Shown in pieces: positions 31,667 through 47,403 of a stretch of 64,000 nucleotides of DNA. The notes below the pieces were generated by a model that saw nothing but the letters and a program-made list of their open reading frames with translations, searched no databases and was not told where the DNA came from. The stretch lies in NCBI GenBank assembly GCA_965228855.1, contig CBDDIJ010000002.1, positions 544,001 to 608,000 of the forward strand, written 5' to 3'. Made by a program: the position numbers and the translations under genes. Source of the DNA: Candidatus Obscuribacterales bacterium (GTDB lineage: Bacteria; Cyanobacteriota; Vampirovibrionia; Obscuribacterales; Obscuribacteraceae). The stretch's first letter is position 1. The number at the start of each line of letters is the position of its first letter.

Positions 31667-32353
31667 ATGGGAAAACACAACGCCGCTGTTAAAGAAGCGC
31701 CGCACACATCCGATGCGCCATCATCCGGTGATAACTCCGACAATAGCGGGATCGCAAACGCGGCTCGCGAAGCCTGGGGCGGTCTGAGCAAATTCGGCGC
31801 TAAAGCCTGGAACACCACAAAAGAGGTCGGCGGGACAGCGCTCGAAAAAGGCAAAGAAGTGGGCAGCACTGTCGTCGAGAAAGGGCAGGAAGCCTTGCAC
31901 AAGGGCAAAGAGGCAGTTCAGTCCAAAGAGGGGCAGAAAGTCATCAAACAGGCGCGCGAAGGCGCCGCAGACACCGTCGAAGCGCTCGGTGGCCACTCCA
32001 GCAATCGCACCGTCAACGAAGTGGTGCGCAACGCCAAGATAATTCCCGGCGCGGGCAACGTTCTCGACGCAGCCGAGGCGCTCTCGGACAGCGGCGTCAC
32101 GAGAAAAATGCGCGACGGAAGCGGAACAGTCAACAAAGACGCGCTCATTCGTGGAGCAGTCAAAGTCGCACCGGTTTCAGGCGACGCGGCGCGGCTGAAA
32201 GCGCTTGCAGACCGCACGGGTGTTACCGACCGCGCCACTGATTTTGTTCAGCAAAAAATCGAAGAAAATCGAAAAGGCGAAAAGGCACAGCCCACGACCG
32301 AAGATGCGAACAAACAGCACGAAGTGCAAAAGCGTTCGCAGGTGAAGCGCTGA
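31667..32353 (+). CDS. Hydrophilic hypothetical protein
   Basis: 228-aa ORF with AGGA RBS; short EKGKE repeats. Confidence 0.65.
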   Translation: MGKHNAAVKEAPHTSDAPSSGDNSDNSGIANAAREAWGGLSKFGAKAWNTTKEVGGTALEKGKEVGSTVVEKGQEALHKGKEAVQSKEGQKVIKQAREGAADTVEALGGHSSNRTVNEVVRNAKIIPGAGNVLDAAEALSDSGVTRKMRDGSGTVNKDALIRGAVKVAPVSGDAARLKALADRTGVTDRATDFVQQKIEENRKGEKAQPTTEDANKQHEVQKRSQVKR

Positions 32354-32395
32354 ACTTAAGCGTAAATTCTTTTCCGTCTTGCGCAGACGTCCACA

Positions 32396-33703
32396 TCAAC
32401 CTGAAACCCAAAGGATGCGGTCTTTGGCTCGAGTCACCGCTGTGTACAACCATTGACGACCATACTCAAGATTGGCATTCAGACAGTCTCTCGCGTCGTC
32501 TGCGTGAATCATCACAGTTGGCCATTCCGAACCCTGTGCCGTGTGACACGTTAGAACATATCCGAATCTGCAGGCGAGACCATGCCCCTGCCCATATTCT
32601 TCGGGGTTGACCTCAATGGGTCGCGGAGTCCGCTGTCCAAGACAATCTTCGAGTACGCATTTTGCGCCGACAGTTTCGACAACCTTCCAAATCGAATTGC
32701 GAACAAAATCGATGCCGTCAATACTTCTGTTATCTCTGCAAACGAGATATTCGTTCTCGACAGGAGTCGGCGATGTCCGTCCGAGCGCACGCCTGATCAT
32801 TTTTGTAAGCGCGATGCGCCGTTTGTTTGTCCAGACGATAACGGGAGTTCCGGCTGCGATCATCGCCAGATCGATTGGCGCCACCGGCCGCATCTCGACA
32901 GGCAAAGCTTTTTTGATCAATTCCGCGATATTTAAAACCATGCTCGAACCGCTCTGCCGATGCACTTCGGTAAGAACGACGCGAGCTTCTATTATGGAGT
33001 CGTCCCAGAAAACAGGGGTGTCGTTGACGGGAGGCAGTTGAAATTGATCTCCTACCAAGATTATTTTCGAAAAACAGTGGCGTACCTTCGCGAGTAATTC
33101 ACCTCCCAGCATCGAGGCTTCATCAATGATGAGGACTCCATCTTGTGGCATACGCGGTTCCCATCCATCGAAAAATTCTCTGTAGAAATCATCGCATCCC
33201 AATACTTGCGCACCGCTTTTGATACCACTTCTCCGGTTTACCTCCCAGGCTTTCCTGAGATTTCCGAGATCGAAATAGGAGAGAAGCTCCTCCTCCTTAA
33301 TGCTGCCGTGCGGCTCATCCAGATTGAAATACGCCAGCAGCGATTCGCCTGGTTCCTTGTAGGTCGAAATCAGGCTTGCCTTGTAAGCAGTCACTGCATC
33401 AGGCAATTCTTTTCTGCGCAAAACATCGACTGCTTTGTTGGTCATCGCTGAAATTACAACTTCGCCGGAGAGAGTTGTTTTGAGTTGCTTTATGAGACTC
33501 GTTTTTCCAGAGCCGGCGGGACCGGAAAGGGCGATGATCGAATGACCGCACTCGGTCAACGTGTGAATTCTTAGTGCCGCGCTGATTTGCTCGAACGACA
33601 AATTTCGTGCATGAGTTTCATGCGGCGGCGCTTCGCTTTTGATGAGCAGACCAGAAGAGTCGTGTGGCATAAAGCAGTTCCGTAAATCACCTTGATACTC
33701 CAA
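32396..33703 (-). CDS. SF1B RecD/Dda-like ATP-dependent helicase (start may be 33670)
   Basis: GPAGSGKT, TNKA, IIDEASM, LVGDQFQLPPV, LTEVHRQ, TCHTAQGSEW, LYTAVTRAK. Confidence 0.9.
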   Translation of the reverse strand: MEYQGDLRNCFMPHDSSGLLIKSEAPPHETHARNLSFEQISAALRIHTLTECGHSIIALSGPAGSGKTSLIKQLKTTLSGEVVISAMTNKAVDVLRRKELPDAVTAYKASLISTYKEPGESLLAYFNLDEPHGSIKEEELLSYFDLGNLRKAWEVNRRSGIKSGAQVLGCDDFYREFFDGWEPRMPQDGVLIIDEASMLGGELLAKVRHCFSKIILVGDQFQLPPVNDTPVFWDDSIIEARVVLTEVHRQSGSSMVLNIAELIKKALPVEMRPVAPIDLAMIAAGTPVIVWTNKRRIALTKMIRRALGRTSPTPVENEYLVCRDNRSIDGIDFVRNSIWKVVETVGAKCVLEDCLGQRTPRPIEVNPEEYGQGHGLACRFGYVLTCHTAQGSEWPTVMIHADDARDCLNANLEYGRQWLYTAVTRAKDRILWVSG

Positions 33704-33911
33704 TTATTCAAATTTGGTTTTGCGACGGCACTGTTGAATTCAACAGTTGACTGACATGGGCTTTCCCGATGCCACTAGCGTTGAGTACGCAAGAGAGAAC
33801 AGGAACAAACGCGGCGCGCGCTCCCAAAAACAACCGAACAACTTCCGTGGAATTACCATAGGTCAATGAGCGGAATTCTGATATGTTCAAACTAGGACAG
33901 ACTTGGAAGCG

Positions 33912-34589
33912 ATGAAATACTCAAAAATACTCTCAGACATATTAGTGACGACGGGTCTCGCAATCCTAGTCTCAACGTTTCTTGGTGTCACGATAACGAG
34001 TTTTGGAGCGGCTGCACGTCGTGTTCTACTGATAGAAGGATATAACTACTACTGCACTAAGGATTTCGACAAAGCTGAAAAGCTCTGGAAACTTTCCTCT
34101 CTGTTTCCGGTCTCTCCTTCTGATGAGATTCGAATGAAAACCGCATCTTGGCTCGGTGTGATGTATTTAGAGCAAGGTCGATATCACGCTGCAGAAAAGA
34201 TACTAGCGCCGGAACTTCGAAGAAGAAGTTACTTGTTCGGCGACCGGAACCTTTGGACAGCAGCTACTGAGGATAATCTAGGGGGCTGTTATTTCGAACA
34301 GAAGCGTTACACAGAAGCATTGGCTCTTTATTCCCACTGTTTGCTAGTCCGCAAAGAACTACTTGGCAGTGAGGACTTAAAAACACTATGCACAATGGAA
34401 CATTATGCAATCACACTGCACAAGTTAGGAAAGCCTAGAGAAGCAGAAAAGCTGTTAAGGCAGTGTCTAGAAAGTTTAGAAAGGACCTTGCCTCGAAACG
34501 ACGTTCGAATTAGCTCTTGCACACACAATCTTGACTGTGTTTGCCGTCAGATACAGCGGAGCGAAGCTATTACGCAAATCGTCAATTAA
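33912..34589 (+). CDS. Membrane-anchored TPR protein (kinesin-light-chain-like repeats)
   Basis: N-terminal TM; LG..Y..QGRY..AE, NLG..Y..Q..Y..A repeats. Confidence 0.75.
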   Translation: MKYSKILSDILVTTGLAILVSTFLGVTITSFGAAARRVLLIEGYNYYCTKDFDKAEKLWKLSSLFPVSPSDEIRMKTASWLGVMYLEQGRYHAAEKILAPELRRRSYLFGDRNLWTAATEDNLGGCYFEQKRYTEALALYSHCLLVRKELLGSEDLKTLCTMEHYAITLHKLGKPREAEKLLRQCLESLERTLPRNDVRISSCTHNLDCVCRQIQRSEAITQIVN

Positions 34590-34767
34590 GCCCGGATGCT
34601 TTAGGTCAAAGATGGTTCGTACAGGCTTCGGGCACAGTTTTCGAAGGGCTAAATGGATTGATTAATGATTGATTCAGCCATGCGTAATGGTGTAGTAGAA
34701 GCGCGCGCAGCGGAGAAACGAGAAGCCGTCGCCATCGAAGACGTCTCTCGAGCAACTCCGGCCCAAA

Positions 34768-35119
34768 GGCGCCCGGAGGCTCCGCAGATACCGTCAAAGC
34801 GCTCGGTGGTCATTCGAGCAATCGCACAGTCAACGACGTCGTGCGCAACGCCAAGATAATTTCCGGCGCGGGCAACGTTCGCGGCGCACCCTAAGCACTA
34901 TCCGATAGCGGCGCTACGAGAGAAATGCGAGAAAAAAGAGACGGTCATTTGCGGAGCAGTCAAAGTCGCACCGGTTGCAGGTGACACGCCGCCGCTCAAA
35001 TCGCTTGCAGACCGAACGGGTGTTACCGATCGCGCCACCGAATTTGTTCAGCAAAAATCGAAGAGTCCCCAAAAGGCGAAAAGGCAAAGCCCGCAACAGA
35101 CGATGCGAACAAACAGCAC
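34768..35119 (+). pseudogene. Degenerate duplicate of the 3' half of the 31667-32353 gene
   Basis: Long near-matches to 31951-32320 (gtgcgcaacgccaagataatt, ggagcagtcaaagtcgcaccggtt, gatgcgaacaaacagcac) with indels. Confidence 0.85.
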
Positions 35120-35652
35120 CATGTGCTCTACCGTTAGCAGGGAAGCGGCAACGAACGAGCAGACAATCAACACATTGTCTCGCTACAAAGGCAGCGTAAC
35201 TAGGCACTGCAGACGCGCCTTTGCGACGCGCCAATTTTACTCTGCCTAAAATAGCCATTTTAAGCAATGACAATCGGACGACAAACTTTCAGATTGCCCA
35301 AAGGCAGCAGCTACACTCAGATTTTCGATTGGTGTTGCTTGCGCCAAACACAGCCGAAAGTAGGTGTTTTAGGCTGACTTTTGTCAAAAAAGGAGCGCTG
35401 ATAATTCGCTCCTGAAAAGTTCCTAGAAGGTTAAGAGTAGGAACTTATCGGTCAAAAAAGCTTAGCACCAACCTCGAATAGCCCAGACTTCGTTTAGCAA
35501 TGGCTTTATATTCCGTCACCATTTTAAAAGTCGGAATTGTGTCTTCAAAAAAAGAAAAATGAAATTTAAAATTGGTCCAGATCGATGCGTGTGGCTATTG
35601 TTTTTTTCTTGGGCTAAAGGGGATTCATGTGAACGCAGACGAAGAGGGAGAG

Positions 35653-36609
35653 ATGTCGGCGCAAAGTTATTTAAACCGCGCCTTAAGGATTATTCAAAAA
35701 CATGCTTTGAACAGTGATTTAGTCAATTGGCCGGAGCTTAGAGAACAGTGTTTTCGAATGGCTCGGGGAGCTAAAAGTAATACTGAAACTTACGAGGCAA
35801 TCCGTCATGCCATTCAAAGTCTCGGAGACGGACACAGCTTTCTTCTCGTGCCGAAGTTTCAATCAGAGGAGGTGGAGGGATCGCCGCCGAGCGCCGTGCC
35901 GGTTTCTCGGCCCAGCATCGCGAGTTTCTATTTTGAGGAATTCCACGTAGCAGCAATCAAGGTTCCTTCTTTCTCATCAATTCTTCAACCAAATCGCCTA
36001 GAACTCGAAACACAGTTTTCTGCTGAAATGCAACAAACAATTGCTCAACAGCTTCTTCGGCGTCCAAAAGGATGGATTGTTGACTTGCGAGGAAACATGG
36101 GCGGTAACATGTGGCCAATGCTGTGTGGATTAGGTCCACTGATGGGACAAGAGGTGGTCGGGTATTTCAAAGCTTCAAAGCACTGTCTCGCGTGGTTCTA
36201 TTTTCTAGGCAGAGCGGGTCTTCGAAGCATGGATGGCACTGAGACCGTCAAAGTAGAAATTCAACACCCGGTCCTTCATCAAATAACTGAGAGCGTTCCT
36301 GTTGCGGTTTTGATTGACCAAACTACAGCAAGTTCCGGAGAAGCTATCGGAATTGCATTTCGCAGCCGGCTAAACACGCGCTTTTTCGGGCAGCAATCTC
36401 GCGGACTTTGTACAGGAAACGGACCGGTCGAATTGAGTGATGGAGTTCAACTAATCCTGACAAAAACTGTTTTCCTAGACCGACAAGGCTCCTCTTATCC
36501 AAATGGGATTTTTCCCGACGTGTTCGTTGAACCAACAGATGCAAATCCTACGGACGGAGACCGAACAGTTGACGCGGCTCTCAGCTGGTTTAAAAGACAT
36601 CATGTGTAG
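35653..36609 (+). CDS. S41 family peptidase, nisin-resistance-protein (NSR)-like
   Basis: LGDGHS, VDLRGNMGGNMWPML.GL, TASSGE, GIFPDV. Confidence 0.85.
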   Translation: MSAQSYLNRALRIIQKHALNSDLVNWPELREQCFRMARGAKSNTETYEAIRHAIQSLGDGHSFLLVPKFQSEEVEGSPPSAVPVSRPSIASFYFEEFHVAAIKVPSFSSILQPNRLELETQFSAEMQQTIAQQLLRRPKGWIVDLRGNMGGNMWPMLCGLGPLMGQEVVGYFKASKHCLAWFYFLGRAGLRSMDGTETVKVEIQHPVLHQITESVPVAVLIDQTTASSGEAIGIAFRSRLNTRFFGQQSRGLCTGNGPVELSDGVQLILTKTVFLDRQGSSYPNGIFPDVFVEPTDANPTDGDRTVDAALSWFKRHHV

Positions 36610-36612
36610 AAG

Positions 36613-36642
36613 CGAACGAGGCGATCAGTGACCGCCTCGTTC
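36613..36642. terminator. Hairpin between convergent S41 and lanB genes
   Basis: gaacgaggcg/cgcctcgttc inverted repeat. Confidence 0.55.
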
Positions 36643-36647
36643 AAGTT

Positions 36648-39600
36648 CTATACAGCCACCGATTGGGAACTTTGATTCTCTGTATTACAGGGTCGCATGA
36701 TCAGCGCCTCTACGCTGTTGGAAAGAAGGGCAAGGGTTTCGTTCTCAGCTTTCCTATCAATTCCTAGAAGGCGGTTACAGTGCATGTGAATGCACGCGCT
36801 CAAAATACTGAGCAAGGGCTGGGTTAACTTGCCATTTTCTTCAAGCTTACGTAACTCCCGACCAATTCGTTTGATACCGGACATCGAGTGGAAGCGGATT
36901 GCGTGAGCGATATTCTTAAGTTCGGTATTGCACGTTTTCATTGGGCTCGTTAAGGCAGCGTACAAGTCATTCTTCCAGACTCTATATTCTGCGGAGACAG
37001 AACGCTTAATGCCCAACGGGAAAGCATTCTTCAACAACTCTCTCTTCTCCTCGTTGCTAATGCCCAACGAGCTTAGAAGGTTGTCTATCGACAGTATGCA
37101 CGCTAGGCGTCGATCAAGACTCTTTATTTCCGGCATCGATAACAATTGGCATGCATTTATCGAATCGATACAGAAAAGCTCCTCAACAAGACTCATAGCA
37201 AGTGTTCCGCCGTAACGTTCAACTTCACGATCGTAAGTCATGACTGAGAACTCGGAGCACACGTCGGCACTGGCTAACTGGTTGGCCCACGGCAAGATTT
37301 TTGAAAGCAGAGTTTCATACGCTACTTCAGTATGAAACCTTACGCGCAAGTGATCTCCAGCGCTGTCTTGGTAGCGCACAAAAAACCACTCTTTCAAAAA
37401 TCCTTGGTCGGTCAGAGAATTCGCCATACTATTGCATTCACGAATCGCAGCTTCCTGAATACTAGTGCCACAGTTTAGCCGCAAGTACAACCAGTCACTT
37501 CCCGGGAGTCGTAGGTAATCACTACGAGTGTTTGGCATTACTGGCTGAAATTGCAGTAGCTTTGACTCGCTTTTCTGGGCATCTTTCAGCAAATCGATTC
37601 GCACAAGACTTACGACTATTTCGGACATGTAGTGGCCGTCATCTGTTGAGTGCCAGTTATGGCAAGGCAAATATTCGCGTAGCGTACGTGCCGATCCTCT
37701 TGCAAGAGCGGAACGAAGCAACTCACAATCCTCTGTCAAAGTCAGATTTAAGAGCAGAGGGCGATCATCATCCTTACCAAAAGACATTTGAACAAATGAG
37801 GGCACCTTCCAAACTGTTCGCCACTTTTGTAAGTGATTGAAAAATGCTTTCGGGGTGTTCTTGGAAATTACAGATATCTCTTTGAGGTCCCACTGTGCAG
37901 ACCGCAGGACCAGATTTCCAACAGTCAACCGAGGAAGAAAGGGTAGTTTTTCTGCTGTGCCCCAATTAAACTCCGACACGTTTGGGGAGTCATCGGCTGC
38001 AATTTCAAGTAGAAAGCGGATTGCATTAGGTGCTGAAGCCCAATTGAGCATGTTGTTAGATTTTGCGATTATCTTTTGACCAGTCTGATTCCATCGAGCG
38101 CAGAAACGGCCATCTTTATCTAATCCCACAACAATTTCTGAGAGTGGAATGTCGTTGGAGCTGGAATTCGGATAGCAGCGGGCGATTATCGAATAATTTC
38201 TGAAGCCCCGTACGGTAGACACGTTCCCGGCCCTAGATTTAGCTGGCCAATAACTTACATCTGCGTAGATTGCGGATCTATCTTCTGCTTCCTCGACTAC
38301 GGCGATATTTCTCAAAAATTCGTTGGCCTCTTCTCCGAACATATCCGCGAATCGACCAAGCGTTCGACCAGCTCCAATCTCACCAGCTCTCGGTGCGACC
38401 GCAACTTTGAAGTTTCCAGCATCAATATCTTGACGAGAGTCTGCCAGAATGTTGACAAACAAATCCAGACTTGATGGAAGAGCGACTTGTGTCTGTGGAG
38501 TCTCAAGTGTTTTCAGGTCTGTTTCAGAGAGCTCAACCGCAGTCACCCCGTCCTTCAGAGCAGTCGAGGCTATACTGAGAAGCAACTGCTCCCTTTTTTG
38601 CAGCGACTCGGGCGTTGATTGGCGAATGGGAAAGGGACAGCCTAAGCCGAAAGTTTCATCCAGTAATTCGAGAATTGGTATTTCCCGACCCATCTGATAC
38701 CTGTTCCGAAAGGCCGCTGCAAATTTGGTTAACCCACGCGTTGCTTTTACAGTGTTCAAACGGATACACAGTTCGGCAGCTTTCGACACTTCCACTGCTA
38801 CTTTGTTCGAGAGCATCTTCCCCTGTAGCCCTAAGGACGAATCCACTTGAATTGCATTCCCTCCGTCCGTGTCCGTTGGTCGCGAGGTTTTTAAAAGCTC
38901 AACCAGACGAAGATATTCAACGCTGGATTTGGTAATTCCGTTATCCCAGTTGCTCAAAGCCGCTTTTATTTTTTCCAGTGTACGGGCGTCCGAATGCCTT
39001 CGAAACGTGGGATTGTTGAGCAGATCACGCAGTGGGTCATCAGTGAGCAAAGGCATTCGTAGTTCTGATATGAGGATAGATAAGTCGCACATCTGGTGAA
39101 AAGCATCTTCAACCAACTCACGATCCGCTTGAAACTCACTAGCAATTTGAGCAGCGACTTTTGCGAAAGTTTTCGTCCCCTGGCAAAGGTCTAAGATGCG
39201 AGTGACTGCAGCCGTAACCCTAATGCTCACAGTTTTATTTTTTGAATTGATTGGAGTAATCCAGATACGGTTTGCTGCGTTAAACGCTTCCGGATTTTGC
39301 CGATAGCGCAGCTTCCTGCGGAAAGTGCGGTCACTTTCCAGCTCCTCGACTAAATTCATTATCAGCGTAGAATCAGTCCGTGAGCGTGTCCGGTGATTAC
39401 CAGAGAACGATAAATCTGTTTTGGATCCGAAATGACCCAATGCAACGCCCGCGAAAAGTCCAAAGGGAGTCGGTCTTGAGGACATTCTTTTCTGATACTG
39501 ATACCACTTGCTTTCGGCTTTTTCGCCAGCGTTGTTGAATAGCGATGGACTTGCCACTGCAACCGCAGTCCGAAATAACTCGCTGAATTTCTCTGGCAAA

Positions 39601-39680
39601 GTAGCATCGGCGCATTCGATAGGAAGTAAAGGCGAACGGAGTAGGAAGGTATCTAATACCTTGTAGCTTGCCTTCGGCAT
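36648..39680 (-). CDS. lanB: Class I lanthipeptide dehydratase, full length (glutamylation plus elimination domains)
   Basis: FLLRSPLLP, RMSSRPTPFGLFAGV, GRFA, FLPRL, WLYLRL, WFFVRYQD..HLRVRF, YDREVERYGG, HMHCNRL; 1010 aa. Confidence 0.95.
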   Translation of the reverse strand: MPKASYKVLDTFLLRSPLLPIECADATLPEKFSELFRTAVAVASPSLFNNAGEKAESKWYQYQKRMSSRPTPFGLFAGVALGHFGSKTDLSFSGNHRTRSRTDSTLIMNLVEELESDRTFRRKLRYRQNPEAFNAANRIWITPINSKNKTVSIRVTAAVTRILDLCQGTKTFAKVAAQIASEFQADRELVEDAFHQMCDLSILISELRMPLLTDDPLRDLLNNPTFRRHSDARTLEKIKAALSNWDNGITKSSVEYLRLVELLKTSRPTDTDGGNAIQVDSSLGLQGKMLSNKVAVEVSKAAELCIRLNTVKATRGLTKFAAAFRNRYQMGREIPILELLDETFGLGCPFPIRQSTPESLQKREQLLLSIASTALKDGVTAVELSETDLKTLETPQTQVALPSSLDLFVNILADSRQDIDAGNFKVAVAPRAGEIGAGRTLGRFADMFGEEANEFLRNIAVVEEAEDRSAIYADVSYWPAKSRAGNVSTVRGFRNYSIIARCYPNSSSNDIPLSEIVVGLDKDGRFCARWNQTGQKIIAKSNNMLNWASAPNAIRFLLEIAADDSPNVSEFNWGTAEKLPFLPRLTVGNLVLRSAQWDLKEISVISKNTPKAFFNHLQKWRTVWKVPSFVQMSFGKDDDRPLLLNLTLTEDCELLRSALARGSARTLREYLPCHNWHSTDDGHYMSEIVVSLVRIDLLKDAQKSESKLLQFQPVMPNTRSDYLRLPGSDWLYLRLNCGTSIQEAAIRECNSMANSLTDQGFLKEWFFVRYQDSAGDHLRVRFHTEVAYETLLSKILPWANQLASADVCSEFSVMTYDREVERYGGTLAMSLVEELFCIDSINACQLLSMPEIKSLDRRLACILSIDNLLSSLGISNEEKRELLKNAFPLGIKRSVSAEYRVWKNDLYAALTSPMKTCNTELKNIAHAIRFHSMSGIKRIGRELRKLEENGKLTQPLLSILSACIHMHCNRLLGIDRKAENETLALLSNSVEALIMRPCNTENQSSQSVAV

Positions 39681-39696
39681 TTAGGTCTCCTTTAAG

Positions 39697-40992
39697 TTAG
39701 GAAAGAAGAGCAATACGGTCCCACTTGGGAGCCACCGGATTGATTGAGGCTATGAGGACCAAAAGAATTCCGGAGACTCCAGTCATCAAGCTTAAATCGG
39801 TTGTATCGTCTCCATTCGTTCCGAGTTTCCAAAATTTCAAGTCAGCCAACGAGTCGTATTGATCCACAATCTTGTCAAACAAGTCTAAACACTGAGCTTG
39901 ATGTTCTGCACTACCCGTTTCATTGAAAAAACGGAGCATAATCTGTAACAGCCCCGCCACTCCGTGGCAGAAAGTTGGTGTGCTGGCTTCCCAATCGGTA
40001 CCTGCTCTAGAAACCGCTTGTAGCGCAACTCTTTTGTTATCGTCTCTATTAAGAGCAACTCCTGACAGATATAACGCTCTGGCGACTCCGGGAGCTCCAT
40101 AGCACCAAGCGGCACGATGACACCGCTCAGTAGACGTCGCGTTTCGCACGATACTGCCGTCGAAGGTACATGCCACGGGCCAGTTTAAACCGGCTGTTGT
40201 AGTTTCTAAACGATTCATGATTATAAACTGTGAGATGCGTTCGATTGCTTCTTGCATGCCACTGCATTTGATACCATTCTGCCAAGCTAATGATAAAAGC
40301 ATGAGCAGTCCTGGCAACCCATGCGAAAGCCCTAAATTGATTAGACCGTTTTTGTACGCACGCTTGCTTTTATCTTGAATTGGAAGCATAGATCTCGGAG
40401 TATAAAAGCCCATAAGGTCATCCTTACTATTTGTGCGTGTACACAGCCAGAGCAATATGGCACTGAGAGCGTCAGAATCTCTACCACTTTGCACCCTTTC
40501 GAGAAGGTATGCACCGACTCCGGTAAGCCCGGAGATCAAGTCGTAGTGACTTGGTGATAGGCCCCTCTCAGAGCTAGATAGTTGTCGCAGAAGAACCACA
40601 ATATGTTCCGAGACCGTTTGATCAATAGCCGACAAAAGCTGCTTGTATGCTTGACCTTGTTTCACCAGGGAACAGTGCAGACCAAGACCAGCTAAGCCAC
40701 CATGTAATGCAATACTTGAAGAACGACGAGTTAATTGGAACGCCTCCTGGAGATGAGCATGCGAAACGTAATCAAGGTTCGAGTCAGGCATAAGCTCATG
40801 AGCCACACCTAGAGCGTACATTAGTCCCACATGAGAACGCTGATTGACTTTCAAAACCAGCGGTGAGTCGGAGGATTTGATGATCGACTTTACGATGTTT
40901 TGGTCAGTACATGATTGGACAAGCGACCGAATCACTTCCTGAGCTTTAATTTTTCGAGGTTCATCAAGAGGGGATGCCCACATTTTTTTCAT
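39697..40992 (-). CDS. lanC: Lanthionine cyclase
   Basis: YDLISGLTG, NLGLSHG, AWCYG, FCHG zinc-ligand motifs. Confidence 0.95.
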   Translation of the reverse strand: MKKMWASPLDEPRKIKAQEVIRSLVQSCTDQNIVKSIIKSSDSPLVLKVNQRSHVGLMYALGVAHELMPDSNLDYVSHAHLQEAFQLTRRSSSIALHGGLAGLGLHCSLVKQGQAYKQLLSAIDQTVSEHIVVLLRQLSSSERGLSPSHYDLISGLTGVGAYLLERVQSGRDSDALSAILLWLCTRTNSKDDLMGFYTPRSMLPIQDKSKRAYKNGLINLGLSHGLPGLLMLLSLAWQNGIKCSGMQEAIERISQFIIMNRLETTTAGLNWPVACTFDGSIVRNATSTERCHRAAWCYGAPGVARALYLSGVALNRDDNKRVALQAVSRAGTDWEASTPTFCHGVAGLLQIMLRFFNETGSAEHQAQCLDLFDKIVDQYDSLADLKFWKLGTNGDDTTDLSLMTGVSGILLVLIASINPVAPKWDRIALLS

Positions 40993-41015
40993 CCTTTAAA
41001 CGATTGTTGAATGAT

Positions 41016-41047
41016 CAAAAACAGGGAGGGCTTTCGCCCTCCCTGTT
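41016..41047 (-). terminator. Terminator/attenuator stem-loop between rhs and lanC
   Basis: Minus strand aacagggagggc-GAAA-gccctccctgtt-ttt. Confidence 0.8.
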
Positions 41048-41081
41048 CTAGCCCAGATTTTGAAAGGTCAACAGAAGTTAC

Positions 41082-46550
<5,469 letters not shown>

Positions 46551-46629
46551 GTTTGCTTCCTTTTTGTTCGTATTGAAACCAGCTGCAACATCCTGTTGAA
46601 GCTGGTTAAACTGCAGTGATTGATTGCGG

Positions 46630-46776
46630 TTAGCAGCCACCACCACCGCAGGTGGTGACAACAGAAGTCCTGTTGCCAGCGGCATCGTAGTTGTAGACTA
46701 CGGTCGTGCCATTGGCAAAAGTAATTTTCTTGAGCCAGCCCTGGGGCCAGTACTCATATGTAGCGGCGTCTGTCAT
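46630..46776 (-). CDS. 48-aa stand-alone YD/RHS-repeat peptide (below the ORF track cutoff)
   Basis: AAGGAG RBS; MTDAATYEYWPQGWLKKITFANGTTVVYNYDAAGNRTSVVTTCGGGGC. Confidence 0.8.
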   Translation of the reverse strand: MTDAATYEYWPQGWLKKITFANGTTVVYNYDAAGNRTSVVTTCGGGGC

Positions 46777-47403
46777 TTTGTTCTCCTTGATAGTTTTCAG
46801 CAGTAAAGTCTCGACTGCATTACTTCGCGACCTGAATGACTAGTAAGCACTCATGTTTCATTTTCTTTGCTGCCGATCCGGTCGGACTTACAACAAGAAA
46901 CACTTGCGTCACCAGCCACTCTGGAGCCATCTCACTGACGAAATGGCTCATCTAAAAGAAGGACAATCGCCCTTCTTTTAGATAAACCATTTCTTGTTCA
47001 AATTGGATTCAATAGAAAACTGAAACCGCGCCATCCTGTCAAAGACAGGACGGATTTTGCTCTATAAAGTTACGGTTCAGGACAATTCAGAAGGTTTGGA
47101 GATGCGGCTCTTGCGGTGTCGGTGAATCAATTTGTTTCCTGACCATAGCCATAACATGCTCCAAATTGCAAGGCAAACAAGCCACCGCCCGTAGTGGCTT
47201 TCAAGAAGTCTTAATACCGCAGGCGGTGGCTATTTCGCCGGTTTCAAATCCAACACATCCGGCGCAGGATACCTATATTCTTTGTCGCAGCTTAGGCAAA
47301 GTCGGTTAGCTAGACTAGCGCGAACACCACTTCGCCTATATAAAAGTAATTCTGATTTTTATCCTTATAGAGCGGACCGAATTGCTGAAGCAGCGCCAAG
47401 CTG

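Noticed and set aside
46551..46685. N-terminal extension of the RHS as given by the ORF track
   Set aside because: It overlaps the better-supported mini YD gene, and ATG 46550 has its own RBS.
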